From IMG/VR virus record IMGVR_UViG_3300045988_115788: a stretch of 64,000 bases of DNA; one strand, 5' to 3'. The position numbers were made by a program, and so were the translations under genes. This document shows, piece after piece, positions 20,276-29,440 of the stretch; positions within the stretch are counted from its first letter, which is position 1, and each line of letters begins with the position of its first letter. Under the pieces are notes generated by a model that had not been told where the DNA came from, did not search any database, and was given only the letters and a program-made list of their open reading frames with translations. This DNA comes from a virus.

Positions 20276-20424
20276 TTTAATATTATATGTAGTCTTTGTT
20301 TGTCCCAAAATCACTTCTACAAGCTTTTAACCCATCAAGTAGTCAAATTCTTTCTATGCCTTAAAACACATTATAAAAACAAATAAAGCTATTTAATCTT
20401 TTTTAAAATTTTATCAAAAAACAC

Positions 20425-20453
20425 TTGACAACCAATTTTTTCAATGATATACT
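20425..20453 (+). promoter_or_regulatory. sigma-A-type promoter with extended -10
   Basis: TTGACA-17-TGaTATACT upstream of 20493. Confidence 0.7.
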
Positions 20454-20492
20454 AACGTCAAGATAAATCGAAAGAAACCGGAGGTTCAAATT

Positions 20493-20918
20493 ATGAATCC
20501 TTATGAAAAGATGAGCATGGAAGAAATGGAAATTGTGTATCAGGCTTATGTAAAGCAAAACAAAATCAATTCCTTCTTTCAGTGTTATATTGAAAGACTG
20601 AAAAGCTCCGTTACTTCAAGCCCAGTACATGGAAAAACAGTATGGGCACAACAAGTCAAAGGGCTTGTGCAGTCTGCCGCAACAGGCAACAAGGCAACAG
20701 CCAAAAAACTTTATTCTAAGCTTTATGCTGAGTTTGATTTCATTTATGATTGTTCTGTAGGAAAAGACACGGCTCTCTATTGTCGAAACACAGGGGAAAA
20801 GTTGCTTATTGTAGACTACATCTGCGATGTGATGCAAAAAGGCAAACAACTGTATGACATGGCTTACAAAATGTTCAATGTTCCCGTAGTGGTATTAGAT
20901 AGTTCTGAAACAATGTGA
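20493..20918 (+). CDS. hypothetical early protein (paralog of next gene)
   Basis: 141 aa, GGAGG SD; C-terminal region similar to 20936..21388 (KKLYSKLYAEFD...VDYICDVMQKGKQL). Confidence 0.55.
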   Translation: MNPYEKMSMEEMEIVYQAYVKQNKINSFFQCYIERLKSSVTSSPVHGKTVWAQQVKGLVQSAATGNKATAKKLYSKLYAEFDFIYDCSVGKDTALYCRNTGEKLLIVDYICDVMQKGKQLYDMAYKMFNVPVVVLDSSETM

Positions 20919-20935
20919 TTAAAGGAGATTTTATT

Positions 20936-21388
20936 ATGAGCAAGAATATGTATGAACAGCTTCCTTTCTTCGAGCTTAAAGCTCTTTGTGCTAATTACTT
21001 AAACAAGAAAGAATATCACCCTAGCATTGCGGCCTATGTCAAACGATTAAACGAAAGACTGGTAGAAAGTAACTTGACTGACGAGCAAGTTGATGAAAAG
21101 GCGAAAAGCAAATCAAAACATCCGCGACACAAAGTAGTAAACAAAACTATTCTTAATGAGATTAAGGATGTTGTCAACAAAGCTATGCAAAATGGCGCAG
21201 GAGGCCGCAAGAAAGCGTACAACGCATTGTACCACGCTTTTGATGTAAAATATAATACAGAAATCATGGTGTCTGCAAAGCAATATGCGGCCTCTCAGAA
21301 CGTATCTATTCTTGTGATAGAATATGTATGCGATATTGAACAGAAAGGTGAAGAATTATTGGAAGTAGCAAAAGAAATTTTCAATTAA
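20936..21388 (+). CDS. hypothetical early protein (paralog of previous gene)
   Basis: AAAGGAG SD before the ATG at 20936; KKAYNALYHAFD...IEYVCDIEQKGEEL matches the upstream gene. Confidence 0.55.
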   Translation: MSKNMYEQLPFFELKALCANYLNKKEYHPSIAAYVKRLNERLVESNLTDEQVDEKAKSKSKHPRHKVVNKTILNEIKDVVNKAMQNGAGGRKKAYNALYHAFDVKYNTEIMVSAKQYAASQNVSILVIEYVCDIEQKGEELLEVAKEIFN

Positions 21389-21391
21389 CAC

Positions 21392-21420
21392 TTGACTTTT
21401 GCGACGCAATGTGTTACAAT
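21392..21420 (+). promoter_or_regulatory. sigma-A-type promoter with extended -10
   Basis: TTGACT-17-TGtTACAAT. Confidence 0.65.
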
Positions 21421-21478
21421 AAGTACAAGGGTTAATAGGACTCTACATCCTTGCCCAAGAATAAATTGAGGTGATTTA

Positions 21479-22294
21479 ATGTATACTGGTTATCGTGAAG
21501 TTCAGGCGTCTGAAGCTTACGAACTTTATCAACATCCAGAAGATAACATTTTAGGATTATTCACTAATGAGTATTTGATTGTAAAAGACGAAAACGACAA
21601 TGTGGTAGATATAAAGAAATGGGATGGTTATGGCTACTGTGGTATTGATTCTAGTGGCGTCACCAGTCACTTTCTTGGAACGTTGAAAGCTCGTAACTTA
21701 GAACAAAAACTCGCTATTGATATGCTTCGCGACCCTGAAACAAAAGTGAAATTTATTGATGGGCCAGCAGGAAGTGGTAAAGATGTATTGATGCTAAGTT
21801 ACGCTATTCATCTCTTAGAGAGAGGGAAATTTGAAAAAATCGTGTTTGTAAGAAATAATATACAGGTAAAAGACACTAACCCCATTGGTTATCTTCCAGG
21901 CTCTCAAGATGATAAGCTTAGACCTTACGCCATGCTTCTTGCTGACCACCTTGGTGGCATAGACGCTTTAGAAAGAATGATTACTTCAGAAAGATTGGAA
22001 TTATGTTATTTAGGGCTTATGCGGGGGCGTTCTATTAGGAACAGCCTAATTTATGTAAGTGAAGGACAAAATCTTTCTCTTGACCATTTAAAAATGCTTA
22101 TAACTCGTGTAGACGATAATTCAGAATTATGGTTAAATTTTGACCTTGCTCAATTTGACATGAAAGTATTTGAAACTAATAGCGGTGTGCGTCAAGCTAT
22201 TGATAGATTAAAAGGAAATCCTTTATTTGGATATGTGAGATTACAGAAAATTGAGCGTTCTGCTGTGGCACAACTCGCAGGATTATTAGATTAA
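21479..22294 (+). CDS. phoH: PhoH-like ATPase
   Basis: GPAGSGKD Walker A and overall PhoH-family pattern. Confidence 0.7.
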   Translation: MYTGYREVQASEAYELYQHPEDNILGLFTNEYLIVKDENDNVVDIKKWDGYGYCGIDSSGVTSHFLGTLKARNLEQKLAIDMLRDPETKVKFIDGPAGSGKDVLMLSYAIHLLERGKFEKIVFVRNNIQVKDTNPIGYLPGSQDDKLRPYAMLLADHLGGIDALERMITSERLELCYLGLMRGRSIRNSLIYVSEGQNLSLDHLKMLITRVDDNSELWLNFDLAQFDMKVFETNSGVRQAIDRLKGNPLFGYVRLQKIERSAVAQLAGLLD

Positions 22295-22304
22295 GTGAAT
22301 AAAA

Positions 22305-22994
22305 ATGGGAACTATCATAAATTTAATTGGAAAACGATTTGGAAAATTGTTCGTAGTTGATAAAAGTAAAAAAAGAACAAAAAGTGGTAATGTTTATTGG
22401 ACTTGTCATTGTAAATGTGGAAAATATATTGAAGTAATTGGGACTAACCTAAGAAGAGGTAATACTTCTTCATGCGGATGCGGACTTTTTTCACTAAACA
22501 AATTTGATTTAACACACGAATTTGGAATAGGATATTGTTCAAATGGAACAAAATTTTTATTTGACCTTGAAGATTATGAAAAAATAAAAAATTATAAATG
22601 GCAAGTTGGTTCTAAAGGTTATATAGTTGCAGGTTGCGAAAATGAAAGAAAAAATAAATCAACTATTCGTTTACACCGTTTGGTGATGAACGCACCAAAA
22701 GACAAACAAGTAGACCACAAATTCGGAAATGTCCTCGACAACAGAAAAGAAAATTTAAGAATCGCAACCCCACAGCAAAATTCTATGAATCAAAAAAAGA
22801 GAAAAACAAACAAAAGTGGTTATTCTGGCGTTGGCTATATAAAAGAAACCGGAAAATGGAGAGCGAGTCTTTATTTTAAAAGAAAACATATTTCATTAGG
22901 ATGTTATAAAACCAAAGAAGAAGCTATACAAGCAAGAATACGAGGAGAAGAAAAATTTTTTGGAGAATTTAAGCGCCCAGAAGAATTTAAATAA
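22305..22994 (+). CDS. free-standing HNH-AP2 homing endonuclease
   Basis: HRLVM...VDHK...NRKENLRIATPQQN HNH motif plus AP2-like SGYSGVGYIKETGKWRASLYF...GCYKTKEEA. Confidence 0.8.
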   Translation: MGTIINLIGKRFGKLFVVDKSKKRTKSGNVYWTCHCKCGKYIEVIGTNLRRGNTSSCGCGLFSLNKFDLTHEFGIGYCSNGTKFLFDLEDYEKIKNYKWQVGSKGYIVAGCENERKNKSTIRLHRLVMNAPKDKQVDHKFGNVLDNRKENLRIATPQQNSMNQKKRKTNKSGYSGVGYIKETGKWRASLYFKRKHISLGCYKTKEEAIQARIRGEEKFFGEFKRPEEFK

Positions 22995-23010
22995 AGGAGT
23001 ATAAAAATAA

Positions 23011-23379
23011 ATGCTAATGCGTAAGCCCGAATTTTGTCAAGAAATGAAAAAAAGAAAGGGAGTTTCTTACAAAGACGCAAGTTTTATTTATAATGTTTTT
23101 TGTGACACTCTAACTGAAGTTCTTGCAGAAGATAATGACGTAGTTCTTTTGAATGTAGGTGTTTTATACATTAAGGACAAACCTGCTTACAGTTCCCACA
23201 ATCCTAGGACACAAGAAAAAATTGAAGTGCCACCTAGAAAGTTGCTACGCTTTAGAGAAGCAACAGCCATTAAAGATTTTCTTGCAGGAAAAAGAGATAC
23301 TTACAATAGAAGAGGTCTTGGTGGCCTAAACGCAAAAAAAGACGAATATTATTTAGAAGACGAAGAAAAAGAAATTTAA
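23011..23379 (+). CDS. HU/IHF-family DNA-binding protein
   Basis: HNPRTQEKIEVPPRKLLRFREATAIKDFL matches the HU arm signature. Confidence 0.7.
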   Translation: MLMRKPEFCQEMKKRKGVSYKDASFIYNVFCDTLTEVLAEDNDVVLLNVGVLYIKDKPAYSSHNPRTQEKIEVPPRKLLRFREATAIKDFLAGKRDTYNRRGLGGLNAKKDEYYLEDEEKEI

Positions 23380-23432
23380 CATCAAAGTCAAAAAGTTTCT
23401 TAAATAAAAAGTTTTTAACTTCAATTTCAAAA

Positions 23433-23466
23433 AGTATGCTAGGATATGCTTGTATCCTAGCATACT
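23433..23466 (+). terminator. perfect 14-bp hairpin between HU and ligase genes
   Basis: AGTATGCTAGGATA tgcttg TATCCTAGCATACT; no clear T-run, so terminator or processing/regulatory hairpin. Confidence 0.4.
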
Positions 23467-23488
23467 GCATAAACGAAAGGAACATTTA

Positions 23489-24787
23489 ATGGAAAATACT
23501 AAACTTTTATATGAACTATGCGAAGAGTTAAAAAATATCAATAGCGTAACCGCTAAGAAGGCTTTTTTAAAACTGCATCAAGAAAATGAAGAACTTATCA
23601 ATTTATTAAAGTTTTTATTAGACGATAAAATTGTAACAGGAATTTCTAAAGCCAAATTAAAAAAGAAAATTCCTGTTATTAGAGCGTATTGTCCTAGTCT
23701 TAAAGCTTTAATGGATTATCTTGAACAGCATAATACTGGACGCGACCAAGACATTTCTTTTTGTCAAAATTATATGAATCAATATGAAGGCAAGATTAAA
23801 GATTTTATCGCTTCAATTATTACAAAGACTCTCAAGCTTGGAGTTAATACAAAAACTGTAAACAATGTTTATGGAGACGATTTTATTAAAGTACATCAAG
23901 TACAGTTAGGTAGTCCTAAAGAAAAATTAAGACTAAAAAACAATGAAACCTTTTTTCTTACTCAAAAGTTGAATGGTATTCGCTGTACTTATGTAAATGG
24001 AAATTTATTCTCGCGGCAAGGACAAAAATTTGAAGGCTTTAATGAAATTGTTTGCGAACTTTCTGAAGTTGAAAAAAGATTTGGTACACCTATGGTGTTC
24101 GACGGTGAATTGATTCGCCGCAATGATGAAGAATTAAATGACAATGATAATTTCAGATTGACCACAAGTGCAGTTAATGGCAGTGACTTAGAAGCAAAAA
24201 GAAACATTGTATTTAATGTTTTTGATACCTTTCCGCTTGAAGAATTTGAAAAGGGAGAAAGCAAAGAAAATTATGAGCAACGCAGAAAGTGGCTAGATAA
24301 ATTTGATATTGATTTTGATGTCTTGTTCGGGTATGGACGCAAGGTAAAAATTGTACCACTTTGGTACCAAGGAAGCGACACAAAAGAAATTGACAAATGG
24401 TTAGAATATGCTGACAGCCATAATATGGAAGGTGTAATGTTAAATAAAAACGCTCCATATCAATGCAAAAGAACGACTAATCTTATTAAGGTAAAAAGCT
24501 TTAAAGAAATTGACCTTGAAGTAATTGCTGTCGAAGAAGGAAAAGGTAGAAATATCGGCACTCTTGGAGCGTTAGTCGTTGGATACAAAGGAAATGAAGT
24601 AAACGTAGGAGCTGGATACACAGATGCCCAAAGAAAGGCGATTTGGGAAAACAAAGATGATGTAATTGGAAAGATTATCACTGTAAAGTATAAAGACATT
24701 AGCAAAGATAAAGACACAGGACTGGAAAGCTTGCAATTTCCTGTTTTCATTGCGCTAAGAGAAGATAAAAAAGAAGCACAAGCATGA
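23489..24787 (+). CDS. ATP-dependent DNA ligase
   Basis: Nucleotidyltransferase motifs in order: KLNGIR (I), FDGEL (III), VFNVFD (IV), EGVMLNK and LIKVK (V). Confidence 0.85.
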   Translation: MENTKLLYELCEELKNINSVTAKKAFLKLHQENEELINLLKFLLDDKIVTGISKAKLKKKIPVIRAYCPSLKALMDYLEQHNTGRDQDISFCQNYMNQYEGKIKDFIASIITKTLKLGVNTKTVNNVYGDDFIKVHQVQLGSPKEKLRLKNNETFFLTQKLNGIRCTYVNGNLFSRQGQKFEGFNEIVCELSEVEKRFGTPMVFDGELIRRNDEELNDNDNFRLTTSAVNGSDLEAKRNIVFNVFDTFPLEEFEKGESKENYEQRRKWLDKFDIDFDVLFGYGRKVKIVPLWYQGSDTKEIDKWLEYADSHNMEGVMLNKNAPYQCKRTTNLIKVKSFKEIDLEVIAVEEGKGRNIGTLGALVVGYKGNEVNVGAGYTDAQRKAIWENKDDVIGKIITVKYKDISKDKDTGLESLQFPVFIALREDKKEAQA

Positions 24788-24790
24788 CGC

Positions 24791-24819
24791 TTGACAAAAA
24801 TAATTAAAAATGATACAAT
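24791..24819 (+). promoter_or_regulatory. sigma-A-type promoter with extended -10
   Basis: TTGACA-17-TGaTACAAT. Confidence 0.7.
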
Positions 24820-24877
24820 AAAACAAAAGGATAGACTTAATTTAGTTTATTAAAAGCAATTAAAGGAGAAAAATTTT

Positions 24878-25696
24878 ATGTCAGAAAACAATAAGCTACG
24901 AATTTTTGAGAATGAAGAATTTGGTTTTATTAGAACAATTACCAAAGAAGACAAAGTTTTATTTTGTGCAAGTGATGTGGCAAAAGCATTAGGGTATGCA
25001 AGACCCAATGACGCAATTTCCCAACATTGTAGGTATACGGCGAAACACCGTATACCTCACCCTCAGTCTCCTGATAAAGAAATTGAAATGATTTTTATTC
25101 CAGAAGGAGATGTTTATCGTCTTATTGTTAGAAGCAAACTTCCTTCTGCACAAAAGTTTGAATCTTGGGTATTTGATGAAGTTCTTCCTGACATTAGAAA
25201 ACATGGAATGTATTTAACTGACCCTCTTGCCGCAATGCTAGAAGACGATGCTGATGAAGATAAATTCCTAGAAGTGGCACAAAAATATGTTGCCGAAAAG
25301 AAGCGCCGCAAGGCACTAGAAAAAGAAGTTGAAAGACTTGAAGGAGAAGTAGAGTACAAAGAAGATGTTATTGTCGGCCTTGTTGATGATATTGACCTTG
25401 CGACAAAGCGGCAAAGAATTAACCAAATTATTCGACATGGTGTTACTAAATCTGAAAATTATCAAAAGCGTTGGGCGATGTTTTATACTGAGTTTGAGAA
25501 GAAATATCACATGAATCTAAGTATGAGATTTGAAAACCACAAGAAAGATTTTAGACCCCAGCTTAAAAACAAAATTGACTATATTGAGCGTGGCCTAAAG
25601 ATGGTTCCACAAGCTTATGAAGTTTGTTGTAAACTGTTTGAAAATGATGTCGAGGAACTAATGAAAGAGTGGCGTTTTTGCGTTGAAGATATTTAA
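24878..25696 (+). CDS. Bro-N domain antirepressor-like protein
   Basis: N-terminal FENEEFGFIRTI...LFCASDVAKALGY is the Bro-N signature. Confidence 0.7.
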   Translation: MSENNKLRIFENEEFGFIRTITKEDKVLFCASDVAKALGYARPNDAISQHCRYTAKHRIPHPQSPDKEIEMIFIPEGDVYRLIVRSKLPSAQKFESWVFDEVLPDIRKHGMYLTDPLAAMLEDDADEDKFLEVAQKYVAEKKRRKALEKEVERLEGEVEYKEDVIVGLVDDIDLATKRQRINQIIRHGVTKSENYQKRWAMFYTEFEKKYHMNLSMRFENHKKDFRPQLKNKIDYIERGLKMVPQAYEVCCKLFENDVEELMKEWRFCVEDI

Positions 25697-25707
25697 GGAG
25701 TGACACT

Positions 25708-26223
25708 ATGCAAAAAATTGTAGTCATAAATGGTTATCCGCAAGTAGGAAAATCAACATTTGTATCAATGTGTTATGATGTCAACAAAGATGTGATTGAG
25801 TTGTCTATGGTTGATAGCGTTAAAAAGGTCGCCACCTACGCTGGATGGAATGGAAAGAAAGATGAAAAGGGACGGAAGTTTTTAGCGGCAATTAAGCAAG
25901 CCATGATGGAATATGATGAAGGCCCAAGAAAAGCTATTGATAGATATATTCTCAGCCACCCAGAGAAAGTCTGTTTCATCAACGCAAGAAATCCAGAAGA
26001 TATTCAATATTTTGTTGACAAATATGATGCGGTAACTTTATATATTGCTCTTGCGCCAAATGTAGAAAGTGGACAAATATGGTATTCCAATGAAGAAGAT
26101 ACTGTTGCCGCATTTGATGCTTATGATTACGAATATACTGTATGGAATAGAAAGATTCCAGAAGAATATAAAGAACAAGCAAAAAAATTTATGGAGTGGC
26201 TTAACAATAGCACGAAAGAATAA
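25708..26223 (+). CDS. P-loop (d)NMP kinase-like protein
   Basis: INGYPQVGKST Walker A near the N-terminus; ~170 aa as in small nucleotide kinases. Confidence 0.5.
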   Translation: MQKIVVINGYPQVGKSTFVSMCYDVNKDVIELSMVDSVKKVATYAGWNGKKDEKGRKFLAAIKQAMMEYDEGPRKAIDRYILSHPEKVCFINARNPEDIQYFVDKYDAVTLYIALAPNVESGQIWYSNEEDTVAAFDAYDYEYTVWNRKIPEEYKEQAKKFMEWLNNSTKE

Positions 26224-26229
26224 AATACA

Positions 26230-26261
26230 ATCAGGACATCAAAAAAAGATGTCCTGATTTT
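26230..26261 (+). terminator. rho-independent terminator
   Basis: ATCAGGACATC aaaaaaa GATGTCCTGAT followed by TTT. Confidence 0.7.
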
Positions 26262-26272
26262 CCTTAAAGGGG

Positions 26273-26301
26273 TTGACAAAGCAATGAAAATGTGTTATAC
26301 T
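26273..26301 (+). promoter_or_regulatory. sigma-A-type promoter with extended -10
   Basis: TTGACA-17-TGtTATACT. Confidence 0.7.
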
Positions 26302-26321
26302 TAATTCAGTAAAGAGAGGTG

Positions 26322-26777
26322 ATGAATTTGGTTGAATATATTGACAAGCAACAGCTTTTAAAATATCTTGAAGAGAATTGGCCTGAAAATTGGACTAGTT
26401 CTGACACTGAAAGTCAAGAGCAACGGGACTGGGATATGTTTTATCATACTGTAGAAGATTTTCCTTCAGTTGACCCAGGAGAAGTAGAAGAAGACGATAC
26501 TACCTATGCAGAAACTTGTGTAGATTCTTATTTTGACCCATATCAATTTTATGATTTGGTTGTGGAAGGAACTACTCAATGTTGCATTTGCGAACACCCT
26601 TTTCCTGTTCAATACAATACAATAGAATTTAACAAAGATGGTGATGATACAGGAGAATGGATTTCTGAAGACAGAATTTTTGAGCTTGAAAATCAAATGG
26701 TAAGAGACTTAAAAAAGAAAGTTATTTCTTGGAATTTCTGTCCTGGATGTGGTAGAAAAATTAAAGGATATTGTTAA
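26322..26777 (+). CDS. hypothetical acidic protein with C-terminal zinc ribbon
   Basis: Track ORF 26319..26777; CCIC...CPGCG cysteine pairs; start uncertain (ATG 26322 or TTG 26328). Confidence 0.5.
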   Translation: MNLVEYIDKQQLLKYLEENWPENWTSSDTESQEQRDWDMFYHTVEDFPSVDPGEVEEDDTTYAETCVDSYFDPYQFYDLVVEGTTQCCICEHPFPVQYNTIEFNKDGDDTGEWISEDRIFELENQMVRDLKKKVISWNFCPGCGRKIKGYC

Positions 26778-26790
26778 AAAGGAGAATTAA

Positions 26791-27498
26791 ATGAAAAAGC
26801 GACGATGTATTGCGGCAGGACTAATTTTAAGTTCTGTATTAACGTTAGGTTGCACAGCAAAAGAAAGTCATTCTGCTGATTATATGGCGGCGATTCAGCA
26901 ATCAGTAAGTGTCGGTGATTTTGATACGGCAAAGCTATATGAATCTGCAAGAAATCAAAAAATTAAAGAACTTGGCCTCAACTATGACACTACTGATTTC
27001 TTTTCTGAGAAAAATGTGACAAAAGTACATGAAAACATACAGAATTATGTGCAAAATGGGTGCAAAGCGCCGCCAACTCAGCCAGAATATGTAAGATATT
27101 TCAGTGATAATGATGTTGCTATGTTGGCTAAAGTAGCTTATTGTGAAGCTAGAGGAATCAAAAGTAAAACTGAAATTGCTTGCGTGATGTGGACAATTCT
27201 TAATAGATATGATGCTGGATATGCAAAAAGCATTAGTGCAGTTATTCTTAGTCCTAACCAATTTGCGTATCGTTCTTCTGCACCAATGGTGAGTGATTAT
27301 GGTTATGACCTTTATGCTCTAGCTTACGATGTGTTGGAAAATTGGAGTAAAGAGCATAGCGGCAGAACTGATGTAGTAAGAGTTCTTCCTAAAGAGTTTA
27401 TGTGGTATGCAGGAAATGGCGTAAGCAACAGATTCAGATGCCATTATCGTTGCGGTCATTATTATCAATATTATTTGGGGTATTATTATGATGCTTAA
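26791..27498 (+). CDS. SleB/CwlJ-like cell-wall hydrolase lipoprotein
   Basis: Lipoprotein signal MKKRRCIAAGLILSSVLTLGC; Hydrolase_2-like LAKVAYCEARG...MWTILNRYD...ILSPNQFAY. Confidence 0.65.
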   Translation: MKKRRCIAAGLILSSVLTLGCTAKESHSADYMAAIQQSVSVGDFDTAKLYESARNQKIKELGLNYDTTDFFSEKNVTKVHENIQNYVQNGCKAPPTQPEYVRYFSDNDVAMLAKVAYCEARGIKSKTEIACVMWTILNRYDAGYAKSISAVILSPNQFAYRSSAPMVSDYGYDLYALAYDVLENWSKEHSGRTDVVRVLPKEFMWYAGNGVSNRFRCHYRCGHYYQYYLGYYYDA

Positions 27499-27772
27499 GA
27501 AAGAAGATTCTGTGATGAAGCTTTACAAGGTGGATATTTATCTTAAAAATGGAGACCCTTTAGAAACGGGTTGGCTTGTGGGCAGAACGGCAGTAGAAGT
27601 AGCTAACAAAATTCACACACAACCAACTGTTCTCCTTGCATCAAGTTATCGCGAACTTGTAGAAACTGGATACAATATGTCTGAAGTACAAGGAATTAGT
27701 GGATATAATTCGTCTGAGATTGTAAAATACCGTGTTCAAGAATATGAGGTGATTCCTTGCAATATCAAGTAA
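27488..27772 (+). CDS. hypothetical protein
   Basis: 94-aa ORF overlapping the upstream stop. Confidence 0.45.
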   Translation: MMLKKEDSVMKLYKVDIYLKNGDPLETGWLVGRTAVEVANKIHTQPTVLLASSYRELVETGYNMSEVQGISGYNSSEIVKYRVQEYEVIPCNIK

Positions 27773-27957
27773 TTTTGCATTTTGTAAATGGTGAATCTCA
27801 AGCCATCAGTGTCGTAGCAGAAGATGAGCAAGAATGTGTAGCTGTTGTTTATGGCAACAATGAAGTAGGACTTGTAATTGCTGACAAATATGATGGCGAA
27901 GGTGTGATTGCTTACACTATTGATAACATTGAATATTTGGAAATTCTGGAGGACTAA
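27757..27957 (+). CDS. hypothetical protein
   Basis: 66-aa ORF, TTG start 4 nt after GAGGTGA. Confidence 0.4.
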   Translation: MQYQVILHFVNGESQAISVVAEDEQECVAVVYGNNEVGLVIADKYDGEGVIAYTIDNIEYLEILED

Positions 27958-27959
27958 GC

Positions 27960-28304
27960 ATGAGTAAAGAGTTTGATAACATCATTGCGCAATTTTCTGA
28001 AGAAATGCTCGAAAAACCTGCAACTTGTAGAGACATCGTAGAGTGCTTGAAAGGATTGTCCGAATCTGTTGATGTGCAAGTCCGCCTTAATTTTGCTATT
28101 GAAGAACAACGTAAATTTAGCAATATTGCTATTGGCGCAATGATTGATTATTTAGGTTTTTATATTAAAGTCATTGCAGAAAAAACAAGTTATGTCTTTG
28201 ATGAAAATCGTTATTTTGATGATTTTCTCAAATTTTTTGAGAAAAGACTAAAGCCTTATAATAAAATGATTGAGGAACATCAAGATGTACTCAAGAATCT
28301 CTAA
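27960..28304 (+). CDS. hypothetical protein
   Basis: 114-aa ORF, GGAGGA SD. Confidence 0.5.
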   Translation: MSKEFDNIIAQFSEEMLEKPATCRDIVECLKGLSESVDVQVRLNFAIEEQRKFSNIAIGAMIDYLGFYIKVIAEKTSYVFDENRYFDDFLKFFEKRLKPYNKMIEEHQDVLKNL

Positions 28305-28707
28305 AAAACAATACTATCTTGAAATTGCAAAAGCTGTGGCGCAGAGGTCTACTTGTCTGAAACGACAATATGGCGCGGTTATTGTTAGCGCTAATGACGA
28401 GATAATTGCTACAGGATATAACGGAGCGCCCAGAGGATATAGTAATTGTACCGATAATGGCTTTTGCCCCAGGATGAATGTGGCGCATAACAGTGGTGAT
28501 TATGGAACTTGTTCTTCTGTTCATGCAGAACAAAACGCAATGCTTTCTGCGGCAAGAAGAGACATGATTGGTGGTACACTCTATCTTGTAGGAAGAGATA
28601 ATGGGAATTGGTTTGCGGCAGAACCTTGTCCCATTTGCAATAGAATGATTCAAAACAGCGGCATTAAGAATACTGTAACTATTAAGGAGGAATTATATTC
28701 ATGCTAA
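28285..28707 (+). CDS. dCMP deaminase (second copy)
   Basis: VHAEQNA...PCPICNRMIQNSGI zinc motifs; ATG at 28285 after GAGGAA. Confidence 0.8.
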   Translation: MYSRISKKQYYLEIAKAVAQRSTCLKRQYGAVIVSANDEIIATGYNGAPRGYSNCTDNGFCPRMNVAHNSGDYGTCSSVHAEQNAMLSAARRDMIGGTLYLVGRDNGNWFAAEPCPICNRMIQNSGIKNTVTIKEELYSC

Positions 28708-29048
28708 AAGAAGAGTATTTTGTGAACAAAGATGCAGGTACGGTAACTTGCGTGTTGTGGTCACAGAAGGTTGCGGCAATGGATTATATCAACAAGCATT
28801 TTATGCAGAATAATCTCGGAATTTATTATCAAGCTTATAACTTTAATGAAAAATTTCACATGCCAGCTAAATTTGTTGGTCTTGCAAGATGCAGTGTACA
28901 TGATGAATTTGATGTAGAAACAGGCAAGAGAATTGCGCGGCGTAGAGCTATAGAGTTGTATCAAAAGAGTTTGTGGAAGCATATTAGCAACATTTATGAT
29001 TCTATGACTGCCGCAATGGTTGAAATGGAAGATAAGATTTTTTTCTAA
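28701..29048 (+). CDS. hypothetical protein
   Basis: 115-aa ORF, GGAGGA SD, overlaps the deaminase stop. Confidence 0.5.
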   Translation: MLKEEYFVNKDAGTVTCVLWSQKVAAMDYINKHFMQNNLGIYYQAYNFNEKFHMPAKFVGLARCSVHDEFDVETGKRIARRRAIELYQKSLWKHISNIYDSMTAAMVEMEDKIFF

Positions 29049-29255
29049 TGTTATCAAGAGTAAATGTATGATATCTTAATAGGCGTCCAACATATTATGA
29101 ACTCAAGAACCTAATTGAAGAATGTGCTGACTATAATACTATAGCTATCTTATATTATGAGGCAGAAAACCTGGGCCGCATGAGACTGGTATTAGATAAA
29201 AATTCTGATTTTGAATCTTTGTATAATACAATTTGCATTAAGGAAGGAAATTAAA

Positions 29256-29381
29256 ATGAACAGAACTGTTGAACATTATGAACTGAGAATTGACCGCCTA
29301 AAAAAGAAAGACCCTGTAGCTAATGAAAAGCTAATTAAGAAGGCTAAGAGAAATCTTGAAAAGTGTCGGATTGAAAACTAA
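29256..29381 (+). CDS. small basic coiled-coil protein (41 aa)
   Basis: AAGGAAGGAAA SD then ATG; MNRTVEHYELRIDRLKKKDP...; followed by a terminator. Confidence 0.4.
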   Translation: MNRTVEHYELRIDRLKKKDPVANEKLIKKAKRNLEKCRIEN

Positions 29382-29401
29382 AAATCAATAAGAATATAAA
29401 C

Positions 29402-29435
29402 AAAGAGACTAAGCTTTGCGGCCTAGTCTCTTTTT
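29402..29435. terminator. bidirectional terminator between convergent genes
   Basis: 10-bp stem AAAGAGACTA/TAGTCTCTTT flanked by A-run and T-run. Confidence 0.65.
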
Positions 29436-29440
29436 CTTAT

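Noticed and set aside
20086-20412. Retron msr/msd or DGR template for the GC-rich inverted-repeat element
   Set aside because: No reverse-transcriptase ORF (no YxDD-type motif) anywhere in the window and no template/variable repeat pair.
29072-29254. 60-codon open frame (RRPTYYELKNLIEECADYNTIAILYYEAENLGRM...) possibly joined by frameshift to the ATG at 29064
   Set aside because: It has no start codon or SD of its own and no recognisable slippery heptamer at the putative shift site. It may be a decayed gene, but I cannot support a call.
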